DNA from: Chrysomallon squamiferum
Lineage: Eukaryota; Animalia; Mollusca
DNA length: 64,000 nucleotides
Direction: 5' to 3'
NCBI GenBank assembly: GCA_012295275.1
Contig: CM022675.1
Coordinates: 9,920,001-9,984,000 of the forward strand
A program made the position numbers and the translations under genes. This document shows positions 57,755 to 64,000 of this stretch, one piece after another (position 1 is the first letter of the stretch; the number at the start of each line of letters is the position of its first letter). The notes beneath the pieces are model-generated. The model was not told the DNA's origin and ran no database searches. It was given only the letters and a program-made list of their open reading frames with translations.

Positions 57755-58812
57755 GGTTTTTAAGAATTGTTTTTTAAAGGCACATTTTTAATTTTTAATT
57801 TTATAAAAAGAAAAGAATATGTCATTTCCAGTGAAAAAATAAATGGCATAATAACAAACTTGCTCAATTATTTTCTTTTAAGAATCTTAGTAATTTACAT
57901 CCATTAATATAAATTTTAAATATAAATTTTTAAAGAAGAAAATATAAATAAATAATAATGAATAATTTTAACAAAATCAAATTTTTATTATTATAATTTT
58001 TGTTTGTTTATTTGTTTCTGTTTCTCTGTTTGTTTGTTGTTGTTTTTTTTTTGTTTTGTTTTTTTGAATTGGGCACTTAAAAAGTTATTAATTTTGTTTC
58101 TTAAAATTATAATTCAGTTTTCAGGATCTATTTATTTTTTACTTATTTCTACTGGAGTTACATCCCTTATTTTATAACATTTAATAACTAAATAATTACT
58201 ATAAATGATCAAATATGAAAAAATCTGCATTTTTAAAAAAAAAAAAAAAAAAAAAAATTTATTCTCAGAATGTATTAGATTACATAAAGTAAAAATTAAT
58301 GAATTAATAAATAAATAATAAAATAGAAACAAGTGAAAATAATTATCTATGAAAAATGAGTAAAAGTAACAGTGAACTTAGTAAAGGGAAATGTGTAAAG
58401 GGGTGTACTCTTAAATGACTAGCTAATAGGTAACATCAGTGAAGAGAAGTAACTCCAGTGAAAAAATGTATATCATGAATAAGTGACTGAAAAAATTATT
58501 ATAATGATCTGCTCCATGTTTACCTGATCTGTTGTTGATGTGACCTATTTATGCTGATCTGATCTATTTTTAACATGACCTATTTATGTAGACCTATTTA
58601 TGCAATTTGTGACTTGTTTCAGCAGTATGAATGTACTGATCATTAAAATGGCTATCACTTCATGCAAAAGATGGTCCCATTTCTGTACATAGTTGTTATT
58701 TTTGTGAAATAAAACACTTATAAATTGAAAATACAAAAATCACTGCCTTGTCTCTTTTTTAAATTTTAATAACCATAGCAGAAAAAAAAAATAAAATAAA
58801 TAAATAAAAATA

Positions 58813-58864
<52 letters not shown>

Positions 58865-59513
58865 TACTTATTAATTACAGAAAATATAACAGAGTATTCA
58901 CCATGACTGGGGTACTAAAAGCCACTGTACAAGCTCCCTGTGTTATGTGCATAAAGCATTATAAATAAAACCCCTTAACAGCTTTAAGCCTTTGGGCTGT
59001 TAGGCATACTTTTCATACATGAAATATTTACAATTATAAGATAGTATACATGTAGGATAGGAACTAAAATACAACATTTTAAAGATATTTTCCAAGATTA
59101 CTAAATTATTTTCTATTGTGAACAAATAACAATTGTAACAGTTTAAACATAGATGGCTTTCTCCAGAATACTGAATATAGATATTTGTTTCCTGAATGAT
59201 ATTATTATTACAAAACAAATGAATTTATGATTTTATGAGGTCTACTTAAACATATATTCACTGATTTATTGATCTTAGTTTTACATAATCCTTTGAGTAA
59301 TACTGGCATGTAAAAGAAAATTGTTAATTGAAGACTTTTTTCCCTAAATTGTGAATTTATATATTGGAAAAAAAAAATCATACATCAAAGATAAAACTAG
59401 AAGTAAGGGATAAAAATGTTAGAATAAAAGTAAAACCAATAACATCATAAATTCTATCTACAAAAAATGAAAAAGACAAAAAAAAGTAGTAACAATAATA
59501 AATTATATTTTAC

Positions 59514-59570
<57 letters not shown>

Positions 59571-59884
59571 GTAATATGCTTATTGGCATACATTTATATA
59601 AAATGAGCGACAAGAGATAAAACACGGAGGTTAATAATATGTACTGAGAACATATAAGACATTTTAAACATTTACCAATATTACACAGCTCTTTTCTTTT
59701 GCAAAAAAATCTAACAAAAACAGCACAATTCAAACCATAATCTTCATATATATGTGAAATGTCTATTTGTAAATAAAATGTTCTTATGATTACCACTATA
59801 ACAACAATGGAACTAAAGAAATCAAATGTAATATCTAGTCACTGCACCATTAGATGCAAAGAAATAAGACGAATGTTAGCTTTG

Positions 59885-59942
59885 TAGACAGAAATTTTAA
59901 GTTGAGATGTTTTTAGACAGAAATTTTAAGTTGAGATGTTTT
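59885..59942. repeat. Exact 29-bp tandem duplication
   Basis: tagacagaaattttaagttgagatgtttt x2. Confidence 0.9.
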
Positions 59943-60039
59943 TGAATAACAGAGATTAAGAAATCATACATGTATTATCTTTAGATGTAAAATTAAATGC
60001 ACTAGCTATTTCTGTTTTATACATAAAGAAAATTAAATA

Positions 60040-60900
60040 AAAAGAACAAATATGATAATTATAACAATAAATAACAAGTTCAGCCAATTACAGGTATTTC
60101 AGGAAGATAGATAAATAATTTAAACTTTATTGATATCTTTAAATGTTAACTCTGTCTTCAGATAATTATACTATTTCATTTTTATATATAAAGAATATTA
60201 AACTAAAAGAATGAATGTGATAATTATAGAAATAAATAACAAGTTGAATCAATTACAATTATTTCAGAAAGAGAGATAAACAGCTAAAAATGATAATTTC
60301 TTTTATCTAAATTTTATTTAAAAATTACATTGGTTTTTCAATATTAACACAAAGAGGCTAGAAAGAATAATGATTATAGGAACAATTACAAATATTTCAA
60401 CAAGAAAAATAAACAGTTTAGACATATGGTGTAAACTTAGTTCAGACAATTACACAGGTTATTTCAATTATATCTCAGAGAAGATAGAACAAATGGTAAT
60501 GATTATGAGAATAATAACTTTTTCAGCTAGTTAACAAGTATTTCAACAAGAGAGATAAACAGTTCAGAATTATAATGTAAACTTTTAATTCAAATCACAT
60601 TGGTTATTTCAATGTTAACACAGAGAAGCTAGAATGAATGAGACAGTTATAGGAATAATATTAACAAGTTCAGACAGTTGCAAGTATTTCAACGAGAGAG
60701 ATAAAGAGTTTAGAATTATAATGTAAACTTTTAGTTCAAACAGTTACAAAGGTTATTTCAATTTTAACAAAGAGAAATACAATGATTAGGGGAATAATAA
60801 CTTTTTCAGCCAATGAAAAGTATTTCCACATGTCAGATAAAAAGTTTAGAATTATGATGTAAACTTTTAGTTCAGACTTTTACAGCAACTTCAACATCAG
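60040..60900. repeat. Degenerate ~140-bp tandem repeat
   Basis: gtatttcaac.agagagataaa.agtt.agaattat.atgtaaactttt recurs at ~60538, 60684, 60820, with more diverged copies upstream. Confidence 0.75.
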
Positions 60901-62236
60901 ACAACAAACCATGCATGTAAGAATTACACAACTGGCATATATTTCAAAATGAAGAGCGACTGGTGTCAACATCAAGTCAGAAATTGCAATGTTAAAAACA
61001 ATGAGGAACAAATAAAGGTAAAGAAGATTAAACAATTTTTTTTTTTTTTATCTTTTCAAAATTTATTTCTTGTTTGTTCATAATCATGATCTGGGAGATT
61101 TGTAGATGTAATTTCTTAATGATTTAAGTGTCTCATAATAATACAAAAGTATAGTTATTTTATTTTGCAGTAATATGTTATGAAATATCTATGTACACCA
61201 TGAATTTAAATCATGTGTTGTTACTTTTGTTTTTGTGGGTTTTTGTGGTTATTATTAATATTATTATTATTATAAAACAATATTGGAAACATGATAAAAT
61301 ATTTAAAATACTATGTTTAGACTGATCTGGGAATGCTGATAATGCTAGTAAATAATTTAACATATTAACAGTAAGAATAATTAGTCAGTGTCTTGCATGG
61401 TCTTAAAAATAAATAAATAAATAATGCTGCATTAGTAATGTGTTATTATTTGTTTTTAATTCTCATAGATATTTAGTGATAAATTAAATAAATTAAATAT
61501 AAAAATAAATAAAATGACATACACACACACATAGACAATATAAATTTGAACATCAAAAAGATTTAAAATTTAATACTAAAAAAAAGGCATGGGAAACAGA
61601 TATATCAAATGAAATGAATTTTTCTATTTTTTAAAATTCTGCATTATTATAAAGTAGTAGTAATAATGATAATTATAATAACATTCTAAATTTTAATTTT
61701 TAATTTTTAATTTTTTGCAATGTGTGTGCGTGTGTATATTGGCCTGACTTCTGTTTTCATTATTAAAGATTTGCTATTTAGAAGCTGAAGTGTGACTTGC
61801 ATGTTTCTTTTTAAACTGCATAAAAAGTATTTGGAAAGTAATAGTAATATCTGGGTACCAGTAACCTTTTATTTTGGTTAATTACATTTCCTCAGACAGT
61901 TACTTAAAATTTATTTTTTTCTTTCTGTTTTATTTATACTGGTTGACAGGCCATTATCCAAAATCCAGAAAGCTTTGAAAAAAAATTTTTTTTTTTGGGG
62001 GGGGGGTGGTGATGAAGATATAAAGCATTATATGTATGTTATAATTACATATACACTTTTTATTTAATTTGTATATGTTAATTAATTTATTTATTTTTTA
62101 CAAAATGTTTTCATAATAAATCTACTGGACTATTTTTGGTCTATTCCTGAAAAATTTTGTAACTGATGTTATGATTTATTTATTATTATTTTATTTTTTT
62201 AAATATTCTCTTAATTTATATACATATATATTTCAG

Positions 62237-62476
62237 AGATACTCACTGGTGAAAATCAAAATGATTCTATATCTGACTGGTCATCGAATAATGAGACCAG
62301 CACTCTGATTGATAGTTGGTCTGAATGGTCAGCTTGGACTTCATGCTCTGCCGATTGTGATGGGGGTATGCAATGGAGAAGTAGATCATGTGACACACCA
62401 CAGTTAATACAAAATGGTTCCGAATGTGAGGGTGCAGAAAGAGAAGGGAAAACGTGTAACACTCATTCCTGTCAAG
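62237..62476 (+). CDS. Sema5: Sema5 exon 18, linker + TSR5 (...DSWSEWSAWTSCSADCDGGMQWRSRSC...CNTHSCQ)
   Basis: tttcag / gtgaca; canonical TSR; phase 1-1. Confidence 0.95.
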
Positions 62477-62967
62477 GTGACATATACCATTTAATTAGAT
62501 TGATTAATTCTATCAATCTAAAGCTATATAAAACAATTTAAGTTTCTGTTTTGATTATTTGGCTGTTTCTTATTTATTTTTTTATATTTAATGACTTCAA
62601 ATAACATTCATAAAATATAAATGTAATGTACATAAATAAAATACATGAACCCCTTTAAAAACGGTAACAGGTTAACAACTTTACTTAATATACAAAAAAT
62701 TAAAAAAAAACAATAACGCTAGTTAAAATGACACACATTACGTCATGCTGCATCCATTCTATGCTTATACTTAACTTTATAATAATAATAATAATAATAA
62801 TACAGTACTTACTTTAGTGTCATGCTAAGCAATGTCGTCTTGTTCTATTCGTTTGGTTTCCGAAGTCTCGTCTGCTTCGAGCAGTGATTGAGTAATGTAA
62901 AAATGCGAAATGAGTCTCGGACCCCGGTTGAAAAAAAAGAAAAAAAAAAAAGATGTCAACAACAACA

Positions 62968-63018
<51 letters not shown>

Positions 63019-63082
63019 GTATGTACGTATGTGTATATGCATGCATATATTTATTACAATTGTTATAATTATTTTACAACAG

Positions 63083-63250
63083 GTTCATGGTCTTGCTGGT
63101 CAGAATTCTCTCCCTGTTCTGTGACGTGTGGTACAGGTGTCAGAACCAGAACGAGGTCATGTTTAGCACTTGACGAGGGTAAAGTGGTACATCATCCATG
63201 TCTGGGAAACCGAACGCAGACAAAAATTTGTGAAAAACCTTCTTGCAGTG
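63083..63250 (+). CDS. Sema5: Sema5 exon 19, TSR6 (GSWSCWSEFSPCSVTCGTGVRTRTRSC...CEKPSCS)
   Basis: WSCWS..S.CSVTCG motif; aacag / gtatgt. Confidence 0.97.
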
Positions 63251-63471
63251 GTATGTTTTCTTGTTTTTATTTTATTTTATTTTATTTTAATTAATTAATT
63301 GATTTTTTTTTTTGAAATTTTTTTATTAGTATTATTAATTTTCCCTATCTATATTAAAAAAAAAGATTTTTTTCTCGACATTAATAAAAAAAAAATTAGT
63401 TTATTTAATTAAAATGCTCTCTTTATAATTAAACATACGATAAAATGTATTATTCAGATACTTTATATAGC

Positions 63472-63525
<54 letters not shown>

Positions 63526-63657
63526 AATAAATAAAATTAATTCTCACTACAATTGCTTCAGCCATGACATTGTAGCCTCTACTATTATCGATTTGCTGCT
63601 ATTGCAATCATATTTATTGCCGTTACCATTTATAATAACAATTTTTATTTATGTTAG

Positions 63658-63813
63658 ATGATGCTGATCTTTATGAACCATGGTCGCAGTGGTCTCCGTG
63701 TACAAGCGATAATCTCCAGTACCGTCACCGTCGGTGTTCCTCAGCAACGTCGTCACGAAGTGGATGTAATGCTGATAAGTTTGATGTCAAATATTGTTAC
63801 TGGACTGAGCCAG
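63658..63813 (+). CDS. Sema5: Sema5 exon 20, TSR7 (DDADLYEPWSQWSPCTSDNLQYRHRRC...YCYWTEP)
   Basis: WS.WS.C....Q.R.R.C; gttag / CAG|gtacta; phase 1-1. Confidence 0.92.
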
Positions 63814-63886
63814 GTACTAATACTACTACTACTACTAATAGCTAATTATTTAAAAAAAAAAAAAAAAAAAAATCCCCAACAACTGC

Positions 63887-63944
<58 letters not shown>

Positions 63945-64000
63945 CAAAAACACTTTCAACAAAAAGACTGTCAGTATACTTTTTACCATTTATTTATTGT

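Noticed and set aside
62256-62462. Minus-strand 68-aa ORF
   Set aside because: Antisense shadow of the TSR5 exon.

Overview
AT-rich, microsatellite-dense animal genomic DNA; the composition and intron style suggest an invertebrate, probably a mollusc, but this is inference only. The + strand carries most of one class 5 semaphorin gene (SEMA5A/B / Drosophila Sema5c-like). I reconstructed 20 coding exons by hand using GT-AG boundaries and phase: a signal-peptide exon (979-1093), a 39.3-kb intron, Sema-domain exons (40412-49030), a PSI exon and seven thrombospondin type-1 (TSR) exons up to 63813, about 960 codons in total. The transmembrane and cytoplasmic exons should lie beyond the window. Nearly all other ORFs in the track are microsatellite artefacts. 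Main observations: (1) the TSR4 exon reads through its donor in frame into a coding-like 52-aa Cys/Arg/Lys-rich tail followed by 3'UTR-like sequence, a candidate secreted Sema5 isoform; (2) a frameshift inside Sema exon 47475-47610 (assembly indel or real lesion); (3) an out-of-frame uORF overlapping the start codon; (4) complex islands in the giant intron carrying clustered nuclear-receptor (AGGTCA DR1/DR4), RFX X-box and PBX/MEIS motifs.
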